DNA of 63,780 nt, counting the filler, from Craspedostauros australis (taxonomy: Eukaryota), in assembly GCA_030167865.1 (NCBI GenBank). It is 14 parts of 14 records of this genome, joined end to end, with 100 filler letters (N's around TTAATTAATTAA, not from the genome) between each part and the next. Parts side by side here need not be neighbours in the genome. Positions count along the whole stretch, not along the records: positions 4,999 to 14,695 come from JALAGF010006105.1; positions 14,796 to 18,406 come from JALAGF010006106.1; positions 18,507 to 20,747 come from JALAGF010006107.1; positions 20,848 to 28,147 come from JALAGF010006108.1; 10 more parts are not named here. One strand, 5' to 3'. Positions 11,301 to 23,800 of this stretch are shown here, piece by piece; the first letter of the stretch is position 1; each line of letters starts with the position of its first letter. The translations under genes were made by a program, and so were the position numbers. The notes beneath the pieces were generated by a model. The model did no database searches, was not told where the DNA came from, and saw nothing but the letters and a program-made list of their open reading frames with translations.

Positions 11301-13762
11301 ACGTCAAAGATTGGTGAGCTGATGGCTGCCCATGCTGCCGGTCCGCATCCATTCCCCTGAGCCAGGCCCTGCATGGGCTGCCAGCCGGTATTCCCATATG
11401 AGCGGGTCGAGACCCCATATGCCGTGCGGACCCGGTGCTGGGCCTGTTGCAGCGTTCCAAACATTGACTTGATCGCCGTACGTCGCCCACCCGCATGTAC
11501 CATAGCCATTGACGCCACGCTGTGCACCACTCTGTCGTAGCACGACTTGGCATCATTAGAGCAGATGGCCCCGTCCTGCCGCTTCTGTCTCATCACGTCC
11601 ACCACCACTCGTTTGCATAGTGCTGCTGTGGACGCCTTATGGCCTTTCCTGCTCCCAAACTGTTCCTTAGCCATTCTGCCCTGCCTCTCCGCCACCGCCA
11701 TGAGGTCCTTTCCCAGCTTCTTATTGTTCATATTGAAGGCCGGATGAAACAATTGTATCGTCCTCATTTTTGCAACGTCGAAGATGCCTGCTTTCTTCAG
11801 AATCTGGAAGTCAGTCATGACCGTCCATGACTGAGGGGTGAACCCGGTTTCATAGGGGATGCGCCTCAGTCTTCCGTCTATCTCTGCCAGCTCATCATGT
11901 CTCGCCGAGGCCTTGAAGTGGCCAAAGTGCGGGGCCGACGGTTCTGATGCCGTTCTCTCTTTCTGCTTCGCCCATCCGTCCACATGGTCTTTTATGGTGA
12001 ACTTGGTGTTGGGCACCGCTGACTCCGCCTGCCCGACCTGGGTTAGCAGCAACCGTGGGTATAGTCGCTCCTCCTCCTGGGGCTCCCAGTTGCCTTGGCA
12101 GATCGCATCCGCCTCCTTTGTCGTTGCAAGAAACCCAAACCGTCGGCGCAGTCCCCCCGTCATGAACGGGGTGTTAGACGCCTGATTGAACCTCTGTTTG
12201 TTTTCGTCGATGCACGCCTTTTCTATCGCGCTTTTCGTGTCGCACACCTCGACGCTACCATCGGCCTTGGTCACTGTCACCTTGGTGGCTAGCGTTTGGC
12301 TTGGCTTCAGGCACGCCTTCAGTCTTCTGTTGTTTTTGATTTGGCGCTCCCGAGCTCGTCTTTGATGGCTGTTGGTGTTCTCGATCGCAGTCCCCCACCT
12401 CAACGCCTCCTGTTCGCTTTTGGCAGCCATGTATTCGTCCCTCAACTGGGCGGCCCGAGGCTTGATGGACTGGTAGGTCTGCCTGGCCTTGTTCATCCTG
12501 TTGACCACTTCCTGCGGGCCCAACTGTCGTGGCCGTTTCACTCCCAGCCTTTGGCTAACCGCTTGAATAACGATGAGCTGATATGGACGTTGCTCTGCTT
12601 CTTCCACACCGCGGTCCACAGTCTGACTTCGTCTCGCGACCGCTTCAAGATGGGTGACCAATCAAGCGCTCCCATTTTGAGTTTTCGGCACCCGCGTTCG
12701 GCCTCCATCCGAAGCTGGTCCATGCCGGCGTCAATGAGGTTGTACTCCTTCGCTAGGTGCGGCGTCACGGCACCCTGCGTGCGCACTGCCTCTTCCAGCT
12801 CTCGTATTTGCCAGTGGAACCCTTGTTGCTGGGCTTGTTGCCACAGGCGCTCGTTGTATTCTTGCACGGCACGTTGGTCCCCCCATCCTTAGCCGTCTTG
12901 GCTCTACACCCGCCAAAGGATGAGTTCTTCCGATTGTTGCTGCCTCGTCAATGTCTATCCAGATCATGCAGTGATCCGAACTAATTGCCTCCCCAAATCC
13001 TGTGTAACCTGCTGCTGACACTACAACCTCACCAGTCACATATATGCCGTCAATGGGTGTGTGGCGTTTGTTTCTCTGTTGAGTGGCTTGTCGTGGGAGC
13101 ATGTTGTGGAGGTGGGTCACTGCTTCTCGCATCCCGAGCTCCTGGAACACATCCGCACACCTGCCCTTCAGGACGTCTTGGTTCGCGTCGATGCCCACTA
13201 CTACCGCGTCACCTTCTTGCTTCCATTGTCTGACGGATAGTGCTAGGTCTAGCAGCATCGCCTCCCTTGGTTCTCGAACATCGTCATGTTCGAGCAGGTG
13301 GGTACGTTGCTGGACCCACGTTGATGTAGGTCGGGCGGAAATGCACGCGCGGTACGCCGATACCATTCTCACATGTTTTCCCCCCTTCCCCTCGATGCGC
13401 TGCCATACCCACCGACCCAGGCCGGACGGGTCCCCGCCTTCATCCACCACTCTCTGAGACAGCGAGGCCGTTGTAGCGATTCCGGTGCCCCCGAATTGTA
13501 CTTTGCTGGTCGACTTGCTGTTACGGTTGTAGGCCGCTGTCGCTCTTGCTCTTGCCCTCCACCTCCCCACTCTATGCTTCCAGGAGTCCTCCTTGTGTAG
13601 GGTGCTCCATTTGAGTCCTACCTCAGCCACCATCATGACGCTGATCTTCTTGCCTGAAACTTCCTTCTCGATTTGCTTGTTTTTGTGCTTCCACGGTTCG
13701 ATTGGCAGTCGTGCAATGTTTTGGAACGCCACCCTGATCGTTCCCGTTTTGGGTATATCCAT
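8318..13762 (-). pseudogene. LINE ORF2 polyprotein, broken by two compensating 1-nt indels
   Basis: APE: RVAFQNI, VAEVG, VSAYRAC, GIDAN, PIDGIY, SDHCMIWID. RT: DAKSCYD, QGNG, SFVDD. RNase H: SDGSF, SAYRSELAG, WVRGHQD, NVHCDAEAK. Zinc finger: CPWCGGEESTQHVVQC. The likely true frame passes through the 12538-12867 ORF between indels at about 12880 and 12551. Confidence 0.85.
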
Positions 13763-14213
13763 GAGGAAATTCGTCCACGATAAAAGTCCAAAATTGTCTC
13801 AGGAGACCAAGCGGATTCGAGGGGTGCCAAAATCGGTCTCCTCAGACCAAAATCAAGTAACGCGATGTTTTATCGCGATGGCATTTTCTTCGACCACCTC
13901 GACTAAGACTATTTGTTCGTGCTCACTTTTTCCCCCCCCTCATATCGTTTTTTCCGATTTCTCAATGTCCTGGCATGCCCTCCTGTTTCTATGGCTCAAT
14001 GCTTCTCTGGATGCATTGAGCCACTTGCATCTCATCACAGTTCTTCGTATACATCCGTTCATTGCATGCTTATCCATGTCCTCCACGCTCTTTACAGGAC
14101 ATGATCGTTCCGCAGCGTTCTTCCTCTTGCATCACAATGATTTGTGACCACGCCTCTTCACAGGAACGATACACCACCCCGTATTTGATGGATGTTTGTG
14201 TGCTATTACTTTG

Positions 14214-14695
14214 CTATATGTTACATCTTGACCCATTCCCATGGCTGTACTTTCCTTGTTGAGCTGCTGCACGCGTTCGCGGTCGTTGTGGAGTTGTCTC
14301 CGAGCGCGTCCGCCGTCTCTGTGGTGCTGGTGAAGTCTCAGCAGGAGTCTGGGATGAGGGTTTCGCTCGTTTCCTTCCTTGGCTCGATTGGATATCTTTG
14401 CTTGTTTGCACTGCTGACGGAGTCTTGCGCTTCCCTCCCTTCCTGTCCGGTTGCTTCGCACTCCACTCAGTGTAATCCGCCTTGGTCTTCCTTGTCCATG
14501 ATCTGTTGCTTCCGTGGAGCATTCGGAAACATGTGTTGCTTGCAATGATTTTTTCGTTCGCCTTCTTTCGTAGATTTGACATTGCGATGCTGGTATGCAC
14601 TCCATTTGCAACTCCCCATCTCTTGTGATTTGCAGTGGGAGGCACGCAGGCAAAAAAGTGACACTGCATGCACATCCATTTCGTTACAACCCCAC
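14214..14695 (-). mobile_element. Probable C-terminal Cys-rich zinc-binding tail of a piggyBac-like transposase
   Basis: From the scaffold edge it reads GVVTKWMCMQCHFFAC...NTCFRMLH, the TxxxCxxCxxxxC...CFxxxH pattern of piggyBac C-terminal domains. Confidence 0.5.
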
Positions 14696-14795
14696 NNNNN
14701 NNNNNNNNNNNNNNNNNNNNNNNNNNNNNNNNNNNNNNNTTAATTAATTAANNNNNNNNNNNNNNNNNNNNNNNNNNNNNNNNNNNNNNNNNNNN

Positions 14796-15232
14796 AGAGC
14801 CAAGGCACCCCCGTGTCATATGCAGGCGATAATAGCATGAGCGACAGCAATGTCAGCAGCTCAGCAAGATCGGTGGAATCGGACGGGCGCAAAGTGATGC
14901 ATGGCACCACTTCGAAATCGACCAGCAGACGCATTTCGCGTTCCGGCAAGCGCCCAACCTCCAAGGACCCCAGCCGTCGCAAGCGTTCCGTGTCCGGCGA
15001 ATCTATGCGACGCCCCCCATCGTTGCAATCCGTCTCCTCCCGAGATCCGTCCATCACGCTGGATCAAGCATGCCTGCCCAAGAGTGGCGTCGCCAAGAAA
15101 CGATCCAGCGGCTCTAAATCGACAACATCCTCCACCTCCGCCACATCGTCCAAATCATCCAACCAGCGACCCACCACACCCCCTCCGCGTGCCGGTACCA
15201 AGATCCGGTACTTCAACGACAATCCCATCTGA
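14796..15232 (+). CDS. 3' end of an unknown Ser/Arg/Lys-rich low-complexity protein
   Basis: Open frame from near the scaffold edge to TGA at 15232; no recognisable domain. Confidence 0.35.
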
Positions 15233-15777
15233 TCCATGTCGTTGGAGGACCCCGTCACGCGCCAGAGCGAACGCCATGCACGTACTTCCGTCCCATTGCG
15301 CCAGGGTACGATGTCGGAGCGCAAGCATCGTACCAGCGTCGGCTTTTAGGTGACAGAGACTAGAATGGTGCATGCTGGTACTGCAGCAGCAGGGGAGGGA
15401 AGGGTCCCTGCGAGCTTTGATACAACTCTCTAGAAATAGCATAAGTGAACCATAGTACTATGTAATACTTGGGAACATGAGCACTACGCACATTCTCTAT
15501 CTTGAGAGTACTAATCGTAGTATGAAGGATTTCAGTTTGCGCAACACCTACTGGCGTGTCAGAAAGCAACATGGTCGAATTGTGTCATGCCGTTTCACGA
15601 CAGACAAAGGTGTCCACGAAGAAAGAAGAACAATCAATACGTTCCGTTCTGTGGTTGGTTGTAGCAAGGTGGACGATTAGTCATGATCAGGATGACATGA
15701 CCAGAAATACTGCACACAGCATAGACGTAGACAGCAGACTGAATGGTTGTGTGTTAACTTTGGACTTGCGTCTTTCC

Positions 15778-18406
15778 TTAGACCACTTCACAGGCGGATT
15801 GGACTGTTCCCGGACATTGCGTACTTGCGTCGTCGATGACATACGTCTCTGCAGCTAAGTCGCACAGTTCTCCCTGGGCACAATTTTCACAATCGGAAGC
15901 AGCTGCGGAACATTCTCCTGCCCTGACGATGATATCATTGACTGCATCATCAGAGGCGCCGAGACCAAAACACGCTTCCGCATCGGCACATGCACCATCT
16001 TCAATGACCAAACTTCCTGGAAGTTTGCCATCGCTGGATGAAAAAGTATGCACATTACCACAGGCGAGCTCCCCAACGCATGCGTTCTTTCCGATGAAGA
16101 TATTCGCCACGACCGGTGCCGTGGTAGTCCCTTGGTTGGTTCTGCGACCACCACTGGCGCATGCATTATCCCCTCCAGTGCACCCTCCCTTTTCGACTCG
16201 TACATTGCCAAACATGTTCTGTGCAAGGCCCATGCACACTCGGAAACCGAGACAAGCTCCCGGTCCAATCACCCTGTATCCAACCTCAGCATCAGCACTA
16301 GGCTGCGTTGGGGTAAACCAAGCAAGCGCCTCGCAAGGTCGCTCTGATCCTCTGCAACTGTCAAGTATGATGGTGTCAGGGTACACAGCGTTGCAATTTC
16401 TTTCGGAAGTGCAGGAATTGTCAGTCACCGTCATCACACCAGCTGAAGGCTGGGTGGTGCAAGCCTTATAACCAACGCAGCACGAACCATCGCAAGCTGA
16501 AGCGAGCGCAGATCCTGTCCCAGTGTAGAGCTTCATAGACGCCACTGCGTCCAACAGTGCCTGCGTCACGCTCGCGTCATCCTTCATGGTGTCAAAACGT
16601 TTCTGCGCCACCTGTTGTGTCACGACATTGGGTGTTCCTTCATGACTGCATCCAAAGATGCTCTTGATCATCTTGCCCTTGTCACCGAGGGCGTTGACCG
16701 CAGCGACAAAGTTTGCACATGTGTCTGTTGCATCACCACAAAAGACGCCGCCAGTGACCGCATGAAACGTCGATGAGTCATCTCCCGGTGTTGCGAGACA
16801 TCCGGCGGCGAATGCTGGGGGTGAAGTTGGGGCCGATGTAGGGGCTGAAGTTGGAGCCGATGTAGGGGCCGAAGTGGGAGCTTGTGTTGGAGCTGCTGTC
16901 GGACCNNNNNNNNNNNNNNNNNNNNNNNNNNNNNNNNNNNNNNNNNNNNNNNNNNGGGAGAAAAAGTCGGACAGTCTGTGGGCAATGTGTCCTTGCCAAT
17001 ACAGTACTCCTCCACTTTGTCGCCAGTAGGATTGCCCCCGGAGCTGCTGTCTCCCTTTGGACAGGCCCCATTGATATCGCTGATGAAGTAGAATTCATCA
17101 GGGCTGCACTCCGTCTTCGTCATGCATCCCCTGCAGCCTTCGGCATCGCCGCATCCACCAGGAGGAACGATGATGTCCGTCTTCATTAGGTCATTGAAGC
17201 CCATCTTCTCGCATGACCCATCGGCGGCGCAACCACCAGCACCAATGATCAGGCTGCCTGCACACTTGCCAGCAGTACCATAGTTGATAGTGGAATGGGC
17301 ATCCTCGCAGGCATTGCTGCCAACGCACGCATTCGCCCCGATGTCGATGTGGCTTCGGAAACGATATGATGGTGCCTTCTGCACGACGCGGCGTCCAGCT
17401 GAGTTGCATGCCTCTGACCCAATGCATGCACCGGTCTGGATGGTGACATCACCATGGGAGCGGCGTCCCACTCCCTCACAAGATTGAGGGGTGGTGCATG
17501 CCATCTCACCGACGAAGGTGACTCCTGTGATGAAGGGATTGATCTCATTCTCATTCATTAACTCACATGCACTTGCGCCAGTGCAGGAGGAATCGAGGAT
17601 GAGGGGATTGGGACCCATATCCTTGCAGGCGCTGTCGCCGGTGCATGCAGTGATCGCAACGGTCATGAATGGAGGAGAGTTGGAGGCGGAACCAGTGACT
17701 GAGGTGCATCCCGAGGGTCCTTGGCAGCATGGGTCTGCGACGGGAGGTGACTGGGCCATTCCGATTTTCATGCACGCCTCCTCCATTGCATCCGCTCGCT
17801 CGGTGANGAGGATTGCGTTGGTNGCAGCGNCCAACGTCAACTGCCCAGCAAGCACGTCATGCGACGCGTACTGGTTGAAGAGCTTGCGTGCAGCTCCTTC
17901 ACCGAGGTCTCCTGCACATCCGAAGAAGTTCTGCAGCTGCTGGGATTCCTTGACGGCGCTGATGGCTTCGCGGCAGGATGGCTTGTTAGCATCGCAGATG
18001 ATGGTCTTGGCACTTCTCTCTTCTGTTGTGAGGGCGGTTTTGCCATCCGGCTTGCAAATGACCTCGATGGTGGAATCAAAGCCGGATGGAGGCGCTGNNN
18101 NNNNNNNNNNNNNNNNNNNNNNNNNNNNNNNNNNNNNNNNNNNNNNNNNNNNNNNNNNNNNNNNNNNNNNNNNNNNNNNNNNNNNAGAGGTCGGCGAAGC
18201 AGTTGGCGGAGTGACAGGCGTCATCGAGGGCATCTCCGAAATCAACCCTGTCGGCGGCCCAGTAGGCAACGCGGTTGGCGCGGTTGTTTCTGCGACAGCT
18301 GGGTTTTCGATGGGTGGCAGTCGGTTGTTATTGTTGCCCTTGTTGGTCTTCGTATCTGTGCCGGCGCCCTTGAGGATGCGGGTCTTCATCATCATCCTGT
18401 GGAGCT
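15778..18406 (-). CDS. Cys-rich protein with two tandem homologous domains joined by (PTSA)n mucin-like linkers; 5' end missing
   Basis: After the gap at 16906-16955 the frame GPTAAPTQAPTSAPTSAPTSAPTSAPTSPPAFAAGCLATPG...ALGDKGKMIKSIFGC runs straight into the 15778-16671 ORF, so the two listed ORFs are one gene. Both halves carry IGxxACxGxxAC-type repeats. Confidence 0.8.
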
Positions 18407-18506
18407 NNNNNNNNNNNNNNNNNNNNNNNNNNNNNNNNNNNNNNNNNNNNTTAATTAATTAANNNNNNNNNNNNNNNNNNNNNNNNNNNNNNNNNNNNNN
18501 NNNNNN

Positions 18507-20747
18507 ATTCTCGCCAATTCGGTCGTCATCAACCGCATATTGGAAGCGGACAACACAGAGACGATCCCAGAGACGGATCTACACTACATCCTTGGAGGAT
18601 GTATGCGTGTACTCTTGCGAGAGCGATCACGCGTCCACCCATATGATCCAGCCACGGGATCACACCGAAGCAACACGATTCCATCGGACTACGCGCAGCT
18701 ATCCGATGAGACCGACGACGGACATCACGAGAATCCATGGAACGAACATGGAGTTCATGAAGACGACGATGACGGCAGCTTCGACGACGAGATAGCTGCA
18801 GCAGCCATGGAGCAGCTCCACGAGCTGAGCACCAAGCACAAGGACAAGGTCAACAAGGACACCTGGCTTGCCGACAGCGGAGCCTCGTGTCACATCGTCA
18901 ATTCGGACGCCGCTCTCTTCAACGTGCGGCACATCAAGTCATTCGTCCAAGTGGGAGACAGCACGAAGCTGGATTCTCCCAAAATGGGATCCATTCGCTT
19001 GAAGGTCAAGCAATGAAACAACACTGGCCACATCATCCGGCTCGATGACGTGAAGTACACACCGAAAATGGCGGTGAACTTTTTCTCAACGAACAAGGCT
19101 CTGTACAACGGTTACCAGCTTGGTAGCAATGGCATTCTGATGGACATCATCAACGGATCCGGAATGAAGATCGTATTCGACCGAGTCTTCCCCACAGCCA
19201 ACGGATTCATCACGGGAGTGCAGATGCATCCCATCATGTCATCAAACGACGACAAGGCTTGCACAGCCATCATCAAGAACTCATCAAAGGAGATCAGCGC
19301 GGTGAACCTGCATCGAATGCTCGGCCACGCGCCACTCGAAACCATGAAGCGGACAGCCGCCCAATACGGATGGAAGATTATCGGCGAGATGCCGGTATGT
19401 CGCGACTGCGCGGTCGTGAACGCAAGAGTGAAGAACATTCCGAAGACAACCATTCCGAGAGCGACTCGCCACGGCGAACGTCTCTTCATTGACATTAGTT
19501 ACACTAAACACATAAGCTTCGGAGATAAACGCTACTGGACTCTGATCGTGGACGACTGCACGGATCATTGCTGGAGTTTCTTTCTCAAGAACAAAAGTGA
19601 TCAACCAGGGTACATCAAACGATTCATCCAAACAATCAAGTCACAGACTGGTGACCAACAGATCATTTTCCGAGGTGACAACAGCGGAGAGAACAAATCC
19701 ACGCAGGATATTCTCATCGATGCAGGACTGAACGTGAAATTCGAATTCACGGCATCGAACACGCCGCAACAGAACGGCAGAGTAGAACGCAAGTTCGCGT
19801 ACCTCTACACCAAGNNNNNNNNNNNNNNNNNNNNNNNNNNNNNNNNNNNNNNNNNNNNNNNNNNTCTCAAGAACAAAAGTGATCAACCAGGGTACATCAA
19901 ACGATTCATCCAAACAATCAAGTCACAGACTGGTGACCAACAGATCATTTTCCGAGGTGACAACAGCGGAGAGAACAAATCCACGCAGGATATTCTCATC
20001 GATGCAGGACTGAACGTGAAATTCGAATTCACGGCATCGAACACGCCGCAACAGAACGGCAGAGTAGAACGCAAGTTCGCGTACCTCTACACCAAGATCC
20101 GCTCCATGCTCAACGGAGCACAGCTCGACGAAGAGTATAGGCATGGCCTGTGGGCAGCAGCTGCTAGCACTGCTACCGCCATTGCCAACATCACCGTAGC
20201 GAAGAACCAAAAGGAGTCACCACATCGACAATTCTTCGGCAACGATCCACCATATGCGGATGCACTCCGTACATTTGGAGAGGTGGGTGTTGTGAAGACT
20301 ACCTACAGCGGGATCACCGCCAAACTCAAGAATAGAGGAGAAGAGATGGTGTTCATCAGATATGCACACCAACACGCATCAGGGGTCTACAACATGTACA
20401 GACCATCAACCAAGTCACTCATCTGCTCTCGCGACATCAAATGGCTCAACCAATCATACGGACAGTTCCGTGGCTGGACACCAGCACCAAACATATCCAA
20501 CGAAGTAGGAACAACGGACGCAGATGGCTTAACAATCATTGGACGGAAGGGAGCGATGCCAAGGACGGCAACGCGTCAAGCATCGGAAGCAAAGAGAGTA
20601 TCTTTTGCTGACAGCAACATGTACTATATCCTATCAGACAGCGACGACGAGGATAATGAGGACGACGGAGTAGTAACTCAATTGGTCCATAACGACGAGG
20701 AAGATCGGAGCGAATCCAATCATGAGGATGACGAGATCACACCATCC
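18507..20747 (+). mobile_element. Ty1/copia gag-pol fragment (protease + integrase), same family as the element at 20848-27464
   Basis: WLADSGASCH, LHRMLGH...CRDC, FIDIS, GDNSGEN, PQQNGRVER. In-frame TGA at 19014-19016 where the sister copy has CGA. Internal duplication across the 50-N gap at 19815-19864. Confidence 0.92.
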
Positions 20748-20847
20748 NNNNNNNNNNNNNNNNNNNNNNNNNNNNNNNNNNNNNNNNNNNNTTAATTAAT
20801 TAANNNNNNNNNNNNNNNNNNNNNNNNNNNNNNNNNNNNNNNNNNNN

Positions 20848-23800
20848 AACGTATTCTGCTTTGGATGAGCTGAGTGTGACGGCCTTCTGTGCCTTGGATC
20901 GCCAAAGGATTGGCACCTTGCACAGGTATAGCATGAACCCTCCTACGCTAATTCTCGTGTTCTTGTCTCCTGCATATTCGCTATTGCAGAAGAGCTCCAT
21001 GTCCCAGCCGTCGTCGTCTGGACGCGCTGGATGGATCTTCAATCCATAGTCCTTTGTATCNNNNNNNNNNNNNNNNNNNNNNNNNNNNNNNNNNNNNNNN
21101 NNNNNNNNNNNNNNNATCAATACCTTGGAGAGTTCCCTCACAGGGTTCGCGATGTCTGGTCGCGAGTGCTTGATGAGGAAGAGTAGCATACCGACGCCTC
21201 GGCGGTATTTGGCATGTTCTTCTGGTCCGACCTTCTGCAGTCCGTTATCTTCAGATGGTCGTACGATGATTTGACCCGGGGTTCCCGGTGTCCCATAGCG
21301 TTGCATCTTCTCAACTTTGGTTCCAAACTCTTCGATGAGGTGTCGGATGAGATGTGGTTGACGCAATGTCTCTCTAGTCTTGTCATGGTTCAATTCGATG
21401 TTGCAGCTGAGGTAGTCTCCGAGTCCGCGCTCGATTGTCACCTTGAACTTGCTGCNNNNNNNNNNNNNNNNNNNNNNNNNNNNNNNNNNNNNNNNNNNNN
21501 NNNNNGTTATCTTCGGATGGTCGTACGATGATTTGACCCGGGGTTCCCGGTGTCCCGTAGCGTTGCATCTTCTCAACCTTGGTTCCGAATTCTTTGATGA
21601 GGTGTCGGATGAGATGTGGTTGACGCAATGTCGCTCTAGTCTTGTCATGGTTCAGTTCAATGTTGCAGCTGAGGTAGTCTCCGAGTCCACGCTCGATTTT
21701 CACCTTGAACTTGCTGCCTTGGATGTCTTTCAGGAATGTCTCCAGTGCCTTGGAGTCTCCGCAACAGAAGCAATCGTCCACGTAGATGGCCACGATCATG
21801 CTTCCTTCATTCGTCTTCCTGTAGAATAGGCACGGGTCTGCTGCGCTCTGTTCGAAGTTGATATTCTTGAGGATCGATACCAACATCTTGAACCATTGCC
21901 TGGCGCTCTGCACAAGTCCGTAGATTGGCTTGTGTAGGGTCAGGGCTTCGTCTGGTTGATGATCCATCCCGTTGGGACAGTTCATGTAGATCTCCTCGTC
22001 GAGGTCTCCATGTAGGAATGACGTTACGACATCGACGAGTGCGCAGTCCATCTTCTTGATTAGCATGATCACCATCATGACCCGATAGGTCACGTCATGG
22101 ATGATGGGTGAGTAATGCTCTTGGAAGTCTACTCCTGCAACTTGTGAATAGCCACATGCAACGAGCCGTGTTCGATGCGTGCCGTCACGCTTTAGCTTGA
22201 AGACCCATTTGCACTTGCAGCATCTGCGGCCGCGTGGGATGGCCTCTCGTTTGATCTTGCTGTACACTTTGCGTGTGTCCATGGAGTCGAATTCCTTCTT
22301 GATGGCTGCTCGATATCCCTTCCGATGGATAGGATCTGGATGATTGAAGGCTCCGTCGAACGTTGTAGAGTCGATGTGCTTCTCTGGTTCCTTGTTCTCG
22401 TCCTGCATCGACAATCCGATGTCGACTGTTGGTCTGTCGGTGATGATTGCATTCATTCCGTATAATCCAGTTGTGCTATGATGAGTGATCTCGATCTCTT
22501 CATCTTCGTCTTCGATTTCTTCGTCATCTGTAGTTTCGTTGTTGGAATCGTCGATCATCTCGTCGCTGAGTTCGTCACTCGCCTCATCGGATGATGGATC
22601 GCTCTCATAGCCTTCCTCCTTTCGACCTCGCTCGTTGAAGTCTGCGAGCTCACGCAGAGCTCTGGGAATACTCTTCCCTGTAGTTGGCTTGGGATTAGCT
22701 TCTCCCTTCCTGCCTCGTGCTTCATGACGTCGGATTCTCTCCTTTCTAGCTACGTCATGCTTGCTTGGTTTGCTTGGTGGAGGTCTGGATGGTGTGTCAT
22801 GTGTAGATCTTGCTGGTGTGTTCGGAGGGGTGACGTCTGTGTCATCGTCGGCTTTGTCGCTGGATGGTGTGATCTCGTCATCCTCATGATTGGATTCGCT
22901 CCGATCTTCCTCGTCGTTATGAACTAGTTGTGTTACTGCTTCATCGTCCTCATTATCCTCATCGTCACTGTCTGATAGGATGTGATATCTGTTGTTATTA
23001 GCGAAAGATACTCTCTTTGCTTCTGATGCTTGACGCGTTGCCGTCCTTGGCGTTGCTCCCTTCCGTCCGATGGTTGTGAAGCCGTCTGCGTCCGTTGTTC
23101 CTGTTTTGTTGGATATGTTCGGTGCTGATGCCCAGCCGCGGAACTGTCCATATGATTGGTTGAGCTATTTGATGTTGCGAGAGCAGATCAGTGACTTGGT
23201 TGATGGTCTGTACATGTTGTAGACCCCTGAAGCGTGTTGGTGTGCATATCCGATGAACATCATCTCTTCTCCTCTATTCTTGAGCTTGGCGGTGATCCCG
23301 CCGTAGGTAGTCTTCACAACACCCACCTCTCCAAATGTGCGGAGTGCATCCGCGTATGGTGGATCGTTGCCGAAGAATTGTCGATGTGGTGACTCCTTCT
23401 GTTTCTTCGCTACGGTGATGTTGGCGATGGCAGTGGCAGTGCTCGCAGCTGCTGCCCATAGACCATGCCTATATTCTTCGTCGAGCTGTGCTCTGTTGAG
23501 CATGGAGCGAATCTTGGTGTAGAGGTACGCGAACTTGCGTTCCACTCTACCGTTCTGTTGCGGTGTATTCGATGCCGTGTATTCGAATTTCACGTTGAGT
23601 CCTGCATCGATGAGAATATCCTCTGTGGATTTGTTCTCTCCGCTGTTGTCACCTCGGAAGATGATCTGTTGGTCACCAGTCTGTGATTTGATCGTCTGGA
23701 CGAATCGTTTGATGTACCCTGGTTGATCACTTTTGTTCTTGAGAAAGAAACTCCAGCAGTGATCTGTGCAGTCGTCCACGATCAGGGTCCAGTAGCGTTT

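Larger units (their letters stand above)
7863..13800 (-). mobile_element. Non-LTR retrotransposon with APE endonuclease, RT, RNase H and a CCHC finger (Ambal-like)
   Basis: Domain motifs are given in the ORF feature. GC-rich 3' UTR at about 7882-8317 ends in a (TTA)n tail. No ORF1 recognised, so the 5' boundary is uncertain. Confidence 0.85.

Noticed and set aside
19582..20096. Tandem duplications inside integrase, RT and other ORFs next to 50-N gaps
   Set aside because: The pattern recurs at most 50-N gaps and is best explained by unmerged overlapping contigs or alleles.
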